Shown: positions 27,854 through 40,060 of the stretch, piece after piece
Layout of the letters: each line of letters starts with the position of its first letter
Numbering within the stretch: the stretch's first letter is position 1
Source: Phyllosticta citribraziliensis
Lineage: Eukaryota
Length of the DNA: 64,000 bases
Reading direction: 5' to 3'
NCBI RefSeq assembly: GCF_038025025.1
Contig: NW_027117341.1
Span: forward strand, 2,108,001 to 2,172,000
Notes under the pieces: generated by a model
What the model was told of the DNA's origin: nothing
Seen by the model: only the letters and a program-made list of their open reading frames with translations
The model's database searches: none
Position numbers and translations under genes: made by a program

Positions 27854-28944
27854 GTCTGATGATGCCAGGTAACATCAATAATATGTTTTTTCTCCAAGGC
27901 AGGTCTTGATGTCAAAAGTGTGAAATGGAGAAGTGCGAGGAAGGCAAAAGGCTAAGAGACTTAGAAAAAAGACGAGACTGAGCCTGAAATATGATCCATC
28001 GGGAATTTGGAGCGCCCAAGTGTCCGTGAGATTGCCATTGCCGTGGAGGCTTGTATCCTTGCCTGGTGTGACGAGTTTTTATTGGACCATGCAGTGCATT
28101 TTCAAAGCCGACATCGTTTCGTGACAGCTTCCTATCCGCGCAAGAATTACTATTAAATAAGTTCATGTCTCAACGGAGCCTTGAGAGCCTGTCTCGTCTA
28201 TATTTTCCTTTCTCGTTGGAAGGAAATGAGGAGACGGAAGTTTGTATCTCAGCAGAAGAAGTCCACCAGGCTGCAGAAAAGATTGCTGACTTGCACTGCT
28301 GTGTTGTGATCTGACTCCAGAGGCATCCGCGCGTCGACGTTGTACTGCCGTGGCGCTTGACTAGATTGGTGGCTTTCTGGGTGTGACGACCACGGACGAG
28401 GCTGAACTTTTAGCTCCAGCGGCGCAGGCTTCCTCTAATGTCAGCTAAGGTCGGATGTCGAATGAAGAATTGCGAGTACATAAGTGCCGAAGACGAGCGG
28501 AAAATTCTTTCGTGATGTCTTGAAACTCGACATTTTTCTCAGAACCCGTCATTCGCCTCAAAAGGCTGAACTTCTTGGGCGCCCATGGAGCCCTTGTTTA
28601 AGCATGCGATTTCTGCCTATCTGCACGAAATTTCAGCCTTCCCTTGTCGCACTGCAGGGCGATGTTGCATGGCCACAAAAGAGATGAGTGGCGACCTGAG
28701 GGTCCTTTTTTCTCAGCCTCGTCGCTCTTCGATCCAGAGCCTCGATTTAGGTTTTCCTCTGCGACTGGATCTGTGATGCCGTCGATCGCGGCGGCGAAGG
28801 TGATCGCTGGAACCAAGCTGCTTGGTAATTCTGAAGGTATTAAGAACAACTTCACAAAGAAGATTTCGAGCGGCGTTCACAGCTCCGTCGAAGCGTTCTC
28901 CAGCATGTTCAATTTCTCCCATCCGATAGCCAAGACCCTGCTCT

Positions 28945-30889
28945 CTAGCAGGCTGTCCTGACTGATCTTGACCGAAAAAAAGAGCCATGCATACTTTCCG
29001 GGGCCTCGATCGCAAAAAACCTGATCAGCAGTCCTGCAGCGCACAGAACGACGCAGCTGTAATACACATTCTGATAGCCAATCCGACTCAGCTCACCGGC
29101 AGGCAAGATATCATCACCAAACCCCTTCTCCACGCCCTGCGCCACGGCTGTCAGCACAACCAGGCCAACCACCGAGCCGCCGACCTGGAATGCAACGTTG
29201 AAGACGCCCGCTTCGGCGCCCAGATCGCTGCGCGACGCGGACGAGACGATGACGAAGTTGACGTAATTTAGACGGCGCCGATGCCCGCAATTCACAGAAA
29301 CATTCCCGGGAACGTGAAGCGCCAGTACGAAGAAGCGTCAACGTTGAGGAGCGAGAAGAGCAGTACGCCGGGGATAGCGAGGCTCCAGCCGACGACGAAC
29401 ATTGCGCGCGCGCCTAGCACGGGAACGAGGCGGCCCGCCAGCGTGTCGAAATTCAGGGCGCCAACGGCGAGCGGGATGAATAGGTCGGACAGGTGGATGG
29501 GGCACAGCGGGTGTCGAAAGACTTTAAACCTCCTGGCAAAAATGATTGCGCTCAAGGAGCATTCATTCACTGCTTCGCTTGCGCTTAAGGAGAATTCATG
29601 TACCACTATAGTTGCGCTTAGGAAGCAGTCGTTCATTGTCGCCGACAGATAGCGGTGGTTTCATTCTTTTCGACACCCACTGTGGGGGCTGTTGCCGAAG
29701 GCCTGCAGTTGCTTTGTGAGCAAGGACGTACAGGCTTGCCGAGCGGCGAACGTATTGACCGCGAGAATAAGCGTCAGGTACAAGGAGAGTGAGCGGAAGA
29801 AGTACGGTGCCAGCACTGCCTGTGACGCGAGCACCAGGAGTAGAATTGTGATGAAATTTGCGGTGGTTATTTTGCACTGCGCTCCATCCCACGCTGTTGG
29901 CTGACGACAGTGCGTAGGTCAGGAGGAGTGTTCCAGGGACACCAAGCGAAATTCCAAGCGCATCGAAGCAGAGCAAGCGATCTTTGACAGACTAAAACAG
30001 ACTCTTTGCTGAGCGCCGGGCGCTTGAATTCTCTTCAAAGTTATTTGATGCCGGATTTGCAGTGCTTTCGGAGTTCGGAGCTTGGCCGGGGCAGGACGAA
30101 GTACGCCGCTGGAGTAACGAAAGCCGACAGAATCAACGAAGCCCAGAAGATCCAGCGCCATCCGAGCAGATCGGTGAGCACTCCACCCAGGATGAGGCCG
30201 ATGATGAAGCCAAGCAACCCAGATGCTAACCAGATGCCCAGGGCTTTTGCCTTGCGTGCCGGATCAGCAAACTGGATGGCCAGTTGCGCCTGCGCCGCTG
30301 GAATTGTGAACACTGCACCAATTCCTTGAAACGCTCTCGCCATGACGAGGCCGATAAATTTTGGAAAGAGTGCGCAGACCAGGGTGAACAGCGCGAAGAA
30401 GCACGTCCCGGAAAGGAGCATCGTCCGGTGCCTAGATTGCGTCGATGTTATTCCAGATGTCGGTGCATACGGGGGCAGAATACCAACAAAGATATCGCCA
30501 CCCCTTCCACCTACAAGTAAAAACTCGTCAAACTGCGCATAAATCAGCATCCATTCTCAAAACCATCCCTGGTTCAATTCAATCCCTAGTGGAACCCTCT
30601 CACGTAATGTCAATGCATACGCCGAAATAATCCACTGCAAATCTTCCATATCAACATCAAATCGCCGCTGAATTGTCGGCAGCGCCATCATAATGGCGCT
30701 AAGATTCAACAGGTCCAGATACATGGCCGAGCACACGACGGCGAGAATGTGGCAAGCCTTTTCGTCGACGGGCATTTTCCCGGGTTTTTCGGTCGCTGTC
30801 ACAAGGTAAGCAGAGCCGCAGTCGCCGTCGACGAGTCTGTTATCGTCGTTACTGGAGCAATCGTGAGGGAGGTACGAGCACAAAACCAA
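28945..30889 (-). pseudogene. Disrupted MFS drug:H+ antiporter (DHA2/ATR1-like)
   Basis: Fragments ALPTIQ..LQWIISAYAL, FLLVGGRGGDIF, ARAFQGIGA, LGWRWIF, YWRFTFPG and AGVFNVAFQVGG lie in different frames. Stop at ~30041, a frameshift near 29870, and a MITE inserted at 29503-29684. Confidence 0.85.
29503..29684. mobile_element. 182-bp non-autonomous TIR element (MITE) with a 4-bp target site duplication
   Basis: TIRs are CACAGCGGGTGTCGAAA (left) and TTTCGACACCCACTGTG (right), 16/17 matching. Flanked by GGGG at 29499-29502 and 29685-29688. Excision restores the host frame G-N-S-P-I-H. Internal 33-bp repeats at 29546, 29579 and 29612. Confidence 0.9.
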
Positions 30890-32538
30890 GGGGCGGCCAC
30901 ACTGCTTGCGTTCAACGGTGTCATCTTCGACTGGGGTCAGCTACCTGGGCAGAAGCGAGGCGAGCCATGTGGAACTGCAACACCAAATCGATCAAGGGAA
31001 TTCATGTCTGCGAAGAAGTGAGGAACGCCTGAAAGAGATGATTGAGGGAGACGCGTTGGGAAGAATACATTTTTCTGTGGTCGAAGAGTGCTTGTAGGTC
31101 CCATGAGGTCTCGCTGGTGTCACATCGCCAGCGTCCCAAGCTTCTCTCGCCAATCGTCAGGTGCTGATTTTTCTCATTCGTCATTTGAGGTCGAGTACCG
31201 GAATATGCAGATGTGGGCTCCCATCGCGTGCGCGAAGAGTGACGGACGCAGGAATGCTATCGTGCAGGACGTCATCTCCGCGCGCACTTTCATTGAACCC
31301 CGTTGTCGACGCTCAACAATCGTCACCCTACTTTTTCGCCCGTCAAAGCCCCACCGGCGTGTTCCTGCGATAACCGTGTCCAAGCCGTGTGGTCATTACA
31401 CCGCGTTCCGCGATCAGGACAAGGCGCGCCGGCCGGACCCGAAGCATCTCCTCTGCCCATGCTCCTCCCAATTGCACGCCCACTCTTTTGTCTTTGGTAT
31501 AGGGACGGTCGTAGTGGTTCGAGGGTCGAATGCTGCTATTCCATGAAGCAGTGTGGAATGTAGAGTCGCTCGACTCGGTCTCGGTCTCGGACTCTCGGCA
31601 TCGCGACAGGACAGGATCAAGGTCGACATAGTCGGACGACGATGAATCCACACGGACGTGACTGCGGTCGCGCGCGCGCAAACGGCACCAGACGGATGAA
31701 AGGTCACTTCACGCACGGCGCTTGTGGTCCTTTTACCTGCCTCGAGAGTTTCCTTTTTCCGAACGTCAGCCAATCGGGCCTTCGGGCAGACTGACCCGAA
31801 CCAAGGCCAGCCAGGTGGAGTCTCCACTCCGCGTTCCTCTCCGCATGGAAGCCCGACTTTCCGACAATTGCGTTGTGGAGTCCCCGCTTGCCAGCCCGCG
31901 CGCCTGGGCGCTACGGATTTCCTGTCTCGTTGTAGCCGCTGGTATGTTCCGTCCAGGTTCAACCGTTCTCGTATCCCGCACCATCTGCCCCACAACACCG
32001 GCCGAAATGGTCATTTCGTCTCGTGCCAGTCTCTAGCTCCAATGACAGCCAAGACGTCATTGCAGACGGCCACTGGGGCATGGCGTAGCTTCAGTCCATG
32101 TACCGGTCTACATGGCGCTTGGAGCTGCTTGAAACTGTCTTCCAGCGGAGCAAATCTTCGGCCAAGAACTTCCTGACAAAAGGGAAAAGTTGGATGCGGC
32201 TAAAGGGCCGGGGAAAGAGGACGTCACTGGTCGCTGCCAGGTCAGGTTGAGTTCTGGGGCCCCGCTTGAACAATTTGTGGGGTCACAAACTGACCCTCGC
32301 TCTCGCGATCATCGGTCCGCACACCATTGACGGCCTTGCTTCCCTTCGCCGGCGGCCTCGAGCAAGATGAAGACCTGACGAGGATGACCCGCTTTAGCTG
32401 AAGTGCCTCGCATCGTTGGGCGACGCGCTCGGTGCAACTGACGACGAGGAGGCGCCGTGCGACGCAGTACATGAAGAGGAAAATCCCCGCGGCGAAAAAG
32501 ATGGAGTCGCCTGCTTCATGCACCCCGGATCCAACGCC

Positions 32539-34115
32539 ATGGAATCGTCTCGCACCCTGACTCAGCGGGCCCTCCTGGCCCTGGTGCTGCTGTTCTCCCT
32601 CTGCATCAACGGCGTAGCAGCATTGACAACCACTGGAAAAGATGGCGAGGACGCGCGGTATGCAAACAAGCATCGCGTCTTCGTTTTGACCGACATTAGC
32701 AATGAGCCCGATGACCAGATGAGTCTCGTGCGCCTGTTGGTGCATTCGAACGAGATCCAGATCGAAGGCATTGCCGCCATCACCTCCGTCTGGCTCAACT
32801 ACACGACCGACCTGCCCACGATCCACCAAGTCATCAACACGTACGCCGACGTTGTCGAGAACCTCAATGCCAACGTGCCGGAAGCAGGAAAGTATCCCAC
32901 AGGAGAGGAGCTCTTGAGCAAGACGTACGCCGGTCACCCCGTGTACGGTTTGGCAACCATTGGCGCAAACTACACAACTCTCAGCAATGCGTCGGTTGCT
33001 CTCATCAACGCGACTGACGCGTCAGACGAGCGACTTTGGGTCAGCGTCTGGGGTGGCGCGAACGTTCTTGCCGAGGCGCTCAACCACGTCAAGCAGACGC
33101 GTAGCGCCGAGGACACTGCCAACTTTGTCTCCAAGCTCCATGTGTACTCGATTTCGGACCAAGACGACGCCGGCCCATGGATCAGGGAAAACTTCCCCAG
33201 GCTGTTTTACATTGCTTCTATTCACGGCTTCAGCGAATACAGCCAAGCTGCCTGGGTCGTAAGTTTTGGCCTCCAATTGCTTTTGCGGATCCACACTGAC
33301 TCACCGACAGGGCATTTCTGGCGAACACCTGCGACACTTTGACGCCGGCGGACCAGACTCGTCGCTAGTGACAAACGAGTGGCTGCAGAAGAATATCCGC
33401 CTCGGCGAGCTGGGCAAGCAGTACCCCAACTTTACGTACATTATGGAGGGCGACACGCCGGCATTCTTGTCGCTGATTCCCAACGGCCTGACCCAGCCCG
33501 AGTATCCCCAGTGGGGCGGATGGGGAGGTCGCTACATAAACGTCGACTCGTCCGGACGAAGCCTCGTCTTTTCCAACGCAGCTGACTACGTCGTGGGCTT
33601 GGACAACCAGACTCATGTCTCTGCGTATGCGACCATTTGGCGCTGGCGCCAGGCGTTCCAATACGATTTCGCGGCGCGCATGGCGTGGGCGGCGTACGGC
33701 AACGACACATCCAAGACGAACCACCACCCCGTCGCGATTGTCAATGGCAGCGCCTCTCTGGACACGATCAAGGTGTCGTACACGCTTGGAGAATCGCTCG
33801 TCCTCGACGCGTCGGAGTCGTGGGACCCGGACAATGACGACTTGACTTTCAGCTGGTACAACTACCGCGAGGCCAGCATTCGCATTGACGGTGGCGATGT
33901 TCCTGCCGTCTCGCCCAACGTCACCATCACTCCGTTGAATGACAAGTCCAGCCTTGTGGAACTCCTTCCTAAGGATAACCTTGTGAGTTTCTTTGCTGAT
34001 TACTTGACCTTTCACTGACGGTTTTCAGACGCTGCATATAATCCTGACGGTGGAGGATGACCGTGACTTGAACCTGGCGACTTATCGCCGCGTAATCCTG
34101 GAGCCCGAGGCATAG
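32539..34115 (+). CDS. Secreted DUF1593 / nucleoside-hydrolase-like (Sde182-type) protein
   Basis: Signal peptide; RVFVLTDISNEPDDQMSLVRLL, WGGANVLA, YSISDQDDAG, MEGDTP, WGGWGGRY, LDASESWDPDND and TYRRVIL. Introns 33259-33310 and 33983-34028. Confidence 0.9.
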
Positions 34116-34465
34116 GAGGGGTCTGATAATTCTTCATGGTTGATGACGGTTTCGGAGAAGTATAGTTTTCAGGACAATGTAGAGATGGAGTTGTAGATAT
34201 CGTGTGCGTAATCATTGAACAAGTACACATCCACGCAGTGACTCAAGGGATATTACTGATCCACCTCTTGGACTTTTCGTATTTGACCGCTTCTTGACTC
34301 GTAAGTTCCATCGGCGTCGCAAGTATACACAGATATGGGCTGTGGGGTATCTCTTCAGTTGGGTGTGGTTCATTTATGCATTCGGCGTGGCCGACGGCAC
34401 GCAGCGCTTGACGGGGTACTTGACTCGCAGTCTTTCCGCCAGATGGAATGCGAATGCGAAACGGG

Positions 34466-35558
34466 TTATGTTCTCCCGAGCCATGTTGCTCCTTGATCCC
34501 TCCAACAGACCACGCTTCGTCCGTTTCCGCGGCCGAGAATTCTTAGATCACCCATGGTTTGCGCAACGTGCGCAAACGAGTCGTCTTTTGCGCCGGGCTC
34601 GTCTCTCCAAATTTCAACACCTTCCCAAGAGCCCTTGTCCCTGACCAGTGAGGCAACCCGCAATGCTTGAGATAGATCTGCGACTTCAAACAGAGCGACC
34701 TGGGTTTGTACATGATCTGCGACATCCAAGAGCTTGGGGTAGAACAGATCGCCGTCTGCGGGTATTTCGGATACACCCGCCGGTGGTGGGACAAGGGCCA
34801 GCTTTGGCTCGAATTTCCGCACAGAACGTGCCGTGGTATGGACAAAGGCGTGGGATGAAATGTAGGGTGGATTAGATGTCAAGACGTCCCACTGCGGCGA
34901 CGCTCTATCTTGCAGCAGCGCCAGCAATGACGGAGCTTGGGAAGACCCTCCGGCAATGACGTCTGCCCGGGCAAATTCGGTGTATCTGGCCTGACAACGC
35001 GCCTTGTTCTCCTCGGCTAGGTCCACGCACTTTTGGGAAACATCAACACCGAGGAGCTGGAGCTCGGGTGGGTCGCGCGAGTGGGACAGGAGGTGGTCCA
35101 AAAGCAATGGGATACATCCGGTACCGGTGCAAAGGTCGAGGACACGTAGGCGGCTGGGCAAAGAATCGCTCGATTGTAAGATTTGCGCAAGGTGCGCCAC
35201 AGAGGCTGCTGTGTCTTGTCTGGCAAAGTCAGCGGACAATGTGGTAGAGGATGATCAGAGGCGCATACCGAGGTATTAGGACTCCTGGCCTGCAGACAAT
35301 CTCGAGGTCACCAAAGTACTCTGTCCCCAGAATATACTGCAGCGGTTTGCCTGTGGCGCGCTGACGAACCATGACTTGCAGGCGCGTCTGCCATGTTTGT
35401 GAAGAGTGCGAAGGCGGCGCAAGCCTTTGGGCGTGGTCCTGGAGCCAGCGGAGCTCATTGCGTGCGGATTCGACGTCGCGGCATACCGGGAGAAGGAGTC
35501 TCAAGAGCGGATTTGAAATGTGGGCGTAGCGGAGGAGGCCAGGAGAGAGTCGCGGCAT
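34466..35558 (-). CDS. MTQ1: HemK/PrmC-family N5-glutamine methyltransferase (mitochondrial release factor)
   Basis: Motifs PLQYILG, GVLIPRQDT, LDLCTGTGCI, SNPPY and FEPKLAL; intron 35268-35220. Confidence 0.88.
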
Positions 35559-37535
35559 GAGAGTGGGAGGAAAAGTGATGCAATCGGATTGGCGATGGGA
35601 TGGACACGGAGGGGACACGGACCGGACCCCGGGCCGCGTAGGCCGATAGGGCTGATGCCGGACGACACCACTCCCTTCTCTTCCTCCGCCTCCGACCAAC
35701 CATCACCACCTGCCGTGCCACCGGCATTTGTCTACTTCTTCCTCCAAGACCACATGCAGTCATGCGACACGCCACCGCTGCCAATGTCAGCCTTGTCCTG
35801 TCCCGTTCGAGCTCCCCCGACCTGCCGTCAGCCACCACTTTTGCTTCTCCAGTTGTCGTCGTTGGGTTAAACTGTCCGCGCTCGTGACGTCGCTCAAAGC
35901 GATCAGTCCTTTGAACAGAAAATGGTCAAGAAAAACAAGTCCAAACGTACCCCTGTCAGCATCTTGCAAAAACCTTGGTTGAACCTCTTCGCGACATACA
36001 ACCGTGGATGACCGGAAATAATGCCTGAAGGCTCCCAATCTGGAAGCCTACTTCTACGGACTTGGAGGTAGTCAGCATGTGGCCTCTACTTGAAACTTTC
36101 GCGACCAATCCATGCGCCCGGCTGACACGTCTTTGGACGAACCCCGCAACAAAGCTGGTGATGGACGGGACTTGTATGGAAAGTCCCGCGGTTTCATTTT
36201 CCGCCATGTTCTTCGCTGCTCGTCGAAACAAGCTTTGAAAAACAATGGAGCACGAAAAAGCAACTTCCATCCCTTGCATGGATCGCTACAATGGGAGCTC
36301 GAGGAAGTGCCACCAACACGTCCGATACGGACCCAGCCCTGAAGAACCAGCTGTTCTCAGCCCCATGGCTGGCCTGTAGATTCTGATCACTTACAGTTGG
36401 TTGCATAACGACTTGCAAATCATTGATCCTCCGCTATACAGCACACAACTGCCGCCTTGGCAGTGGCTTGGTGCGTTGGTTGCACCTCCGGAGGATGGAG
36501 AACGTGAACATCCTTGGACGGCCATCTTGGTCTTCTCGTCAAATGCAATGATATCACCGAAGCACTGGCACCACTCGCATTTCATTTGATGTCTCATTTC
36601 GTGGATTCAACAAAGCTTTCAAGACTTGTGAAGCAGTCCACTTCGGCACTTTCCTCTGCCAATTACGTATCCGGATTGCACAACTGTGCCAAGCTTGACT
36701 CGAACTCTGCCGGTAATCCTTCGCCGCAGATCTGGGGAAGTGCCAATCTACCATAAGCTTATCCCGTGGACGGCTCCAACCTTACACAGTCAACCCTGCC
36801 AAAGCGTGGCGTTAGTCTGCCGTGTCCAAGGTTGTGAAGCAGCAGACTGTTTGGATTGGTCCTCCCAGGCTTTGCGGCGACTGTCTCGGCCTCGTGGTGA
36901 CGTTTGGCGCAATTGTCTGCCCAAAGGGTCAGGAGACGACATGTATACGTCAACCTGTTGGCTCGAATGAGAATTCAAAGCTTCCGCCACGCTTCTCAGC
37001 AGGCCATGGGACCCCGTTGCTTGAGAAGCCGTTCGGAGTTCTTTGGGGGAGTGAACGGCCTCCTGCGCCGGCGGGCTGCTTTTTGGCATGTCATGGCCAC
37101 GCTATCTCAGCCAGGATCCGGACACAAGTTACTCAATACTTGGACAATCCGAACTTCTCGGTGGGAGCATCAGTCATCTGGACCATGAGAACATGAGACA
37201 ACCAGTCAGATTCAGTCGTCGACCAGCCTCGAGGACTGTCTCTCCTCGCTATTGTCCAGTTCCCCACCCACCATTCTGCTGACGACAGTCTTTTGCAGAT
37301 GGTGGCAGCCTTCTGCCCACCTCGTCGCCCAAACAGGAAGCCGTGTGTACACCATGTCCACCGATCACCAGCTGAAGGTGCCCCAGGAGCTGTCTCAATT
37401 CGCCGCAGAGCTTCATCGCTGACGTGGAGTCTGATGCTATAAAACGGCAAGTTCTTCTATACATCATGGGTACCAGAGCGCTTGATCCGTTGTATTCTCA
37501 GCCTTGTCTATATTCACGCTTTTGTCCTTGTAAAA

Positions 37536-39122
37536 ATGCGTCGCACATTATTTGCGCTCCTAACTTCTTCGCTCCTCGTCCGAGCCTGGCTCCCCGACAA
37601 CGCTCCCTCCAGCGCAAGTATTTCTGCTTTTGCCAACAGTGGCACCAGCAAGATCCGCGGCGTCAATGCCGGCTCGCAGTACATTCTGGAGCCATGGATG
37701 GCGGCCGACGTCTGGCAAAACACGCTCGGCTGCGGCGAAGCTCAAGCTGAGCGGCAGTGCGTCGAGACGGCGTACAACGGCGACATGGACGCGGCTGGGG
37801 CGGCATGGCAAAAGCATTGGGACAGCTGGATCACGCAGGACGACATTCGACAAATGGTAGCCTACGGCCTCAATACCATTCGCATCCCCGTTGGCTTTTG
37901 GATGAAGGAGGACTTGCTCAACGAGTATGAGCGGTTTCCGAGAGGCGCGTCCTGATCAATTTCTTTTGGGAATGCGTCACTACACTGCGTTTGGTTCTGA
38001 CTTGAACTAGGCGGGTTCAATCATTTGGTCAAATTTTGCGGCTGGGCGTCTGATGCTGGGTTGTACATTATCATTGGTACGTGACCTCCCCCTGACAACA
38101 TACGACTGACCAATTTGCCGCGCATCTCTCGAAAACACCCCCTGATCTAAAACTAACGCGCCCCCTACCAGACCTCCACGGCCTCCCCGGCCGTCAAGTA
38201 GCCAACAACGCCTTTACCGGCGACGTGCGTCCCTTTTTTACCCATTTCCCCCTCCCTCCCTCCAACATACTAACACTCCACAAGTACCAATCGACGACGG
38301 GGTTCTACCAATCAGACTACGAATCCGGGCGCGCGTACGAGTTCCTCGCCTGGATGACGAACCAGACGCACACAAACACGGCGTTCCGCAACGTCGGCAC
38401 CATCGAGATTGCCAACGAGCCCAAGCGCGAAGACAGCGGCGACACGCAGTGGCTGGTGCAGCACTACTACGGCTCGGCCATCGACGCCATCGTGCAGGCC
38501 GAAGAGGTGCTGGGTGTAGCGGATGCGGGCAGGCTGCATATCGCCGTGATGGACGATCTGTGGTGAGTTCTCAACCACGCTTCCCTGCCTTTCCATGCCA
38601 CATCCATCTATCCATCAATCCATCAATCCATCTATCCATCCACTCTCCCCTCGAAGCTAACACCACCCGCACCCCAGGGGATCCGGCCCCTCCCCCAGCA
38701 CCGCCCTCACCATCCCCCAACTCTCGCGCCTCCTCTACGACGACCACAACTACCAATTTGGCCCCATCGCCTCCGCCGGCAACACGCCCTCGGCCGCGCT
38801 CACCTACACATGCGCCGACACCGTCGGCCAAGGAAACCGGGTCGACGCGCAAACGCCCAAAGTCGTCGGCGAGTGGGCGCTCAAGCTGGACATGCTCGCC
38901 GGCCAAGAAGTGGCCACGGAAGAAAACCGAGCGTTTTTTGAGAGCTATTTTGCGGCGCAGATGGACATGTATGAGCGCACGAGGGGATGGGTGTATTGGA
39001 GTTGGAAGGTGCAGGGGAGTGCGGACTTTGTGGACACGCTGCAGTGGGGGTATTTGAATGCGGTGGTGGCGGGCGTTGTGGATGCGGATTTGAGTGCCAT
39101 GCTGGCGAAGAGCCCGTGTTGA
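37536..39122 (+). CDS. Secreted glycoside hydrolase family 5 (endo-beta-1,6-glucanase/exo-beta-1,3-glucanase type)
   Basis: Signal peptide; KIRGVNAGSQYILEPWM, NTIRIPVGFW, DLHGLPG, acid/base NEP, YDDHNY, nucleophile VGEW and GWVYWSWK. Four introns, the first (37945-38010) with a GC donor. Confidence 0.9.
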
Positions 39123-40060
39123 GGTTGGTGTTGGTGGGGGAGGGGGGTGCGCTTTGCGACTCTTCTCTCTGTGCGCGCGCAGTGTGTTGTTCCTGTGGAT
39201 GTAATGTACGGAAGGGACATCAGCCCGTGTTATGGCTGGCTGGGAGTGCGCAACACTCAGGGATATAGATTGCTTCAATCGTTTCCATTGCTTCTATTTC
39301 TTGGTATATTCCTCCGCTGTTGCCGCCGCTCTGTCCATCTGTCCATCCATCTATCCATCTATCCGTCCATCCAGGCTTGCGTACATTTTCCGTTTGCCCC
39401 TTCACGCTCTCGCCCTTTGCGGGCGTGTAAGCTCCTGGCTGGCTGGCTGGCTGGCTGGTCGTCTCCGAACGCTCTCAAAACGTATGCCTCGTTGGTTTTC
39501 CGCCCGTGCGTTCTCCAGCTTTCCTTCCAGCTCGATGCGCCACACGCGACGCTACGCTATCCTACGCGGCCCATGTCGTGTGCCCTGCTCTAATATCCGC
39601 GCGTTTCTCTGCTATTCGAGAAAAATCGTTGTGTCGCCGCACGCCGAGTTCCGTCGACGCTCGACCGGAGCAGGCCAGCCGTTTCTGTCATGTCGAGGTG
39701 CCGCGGCCGTCGTGTCGATCGTGCCTCGGGCGAGACCGCCTGCCTGCCTGAGTTGGCATTTGCAACGACTGCCTACGCCGGTCGGTCCGCCGACGGAGTT
39801 GCGAGGGAGCAAACTTGTAACGGCGCGCTGCTCGTCGTTCCCGTCGCCTGTGATCCGGAAACCGCGTGAGGCGCGCGGACGAGGCGGTTTCAGGGCCCGA
39901 CGCGTTTGACTGCTGCCACGCAATGCTGGCACGGAGAACGTCTCGAGTCGGTTCAATTCGACGGATGACATGTTGAGGATGCCGGGCAGGGCGCAAACGA
40001 ACGGCGTCGGTGGGCTTTCTAGACCGAGTCTACTGCTCGTGTCGCGCAACAAGACCACGA

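Noticed and set aside
24518..28500. Amyloid signalling motif or adjacent HeLo/gasdermin effector next to the NLR
   Set aside because: No N/Q/G-rich pseudo-repeat or effector ORF is recognisable.
35787..37467. Short ORFs between MTQ1 and the GH5 gene (similarly 16.2-17.4 kb and 31.0-32.3 kb)
   Set aside because: No family features; treated as intergenic or unidentifiable relics.
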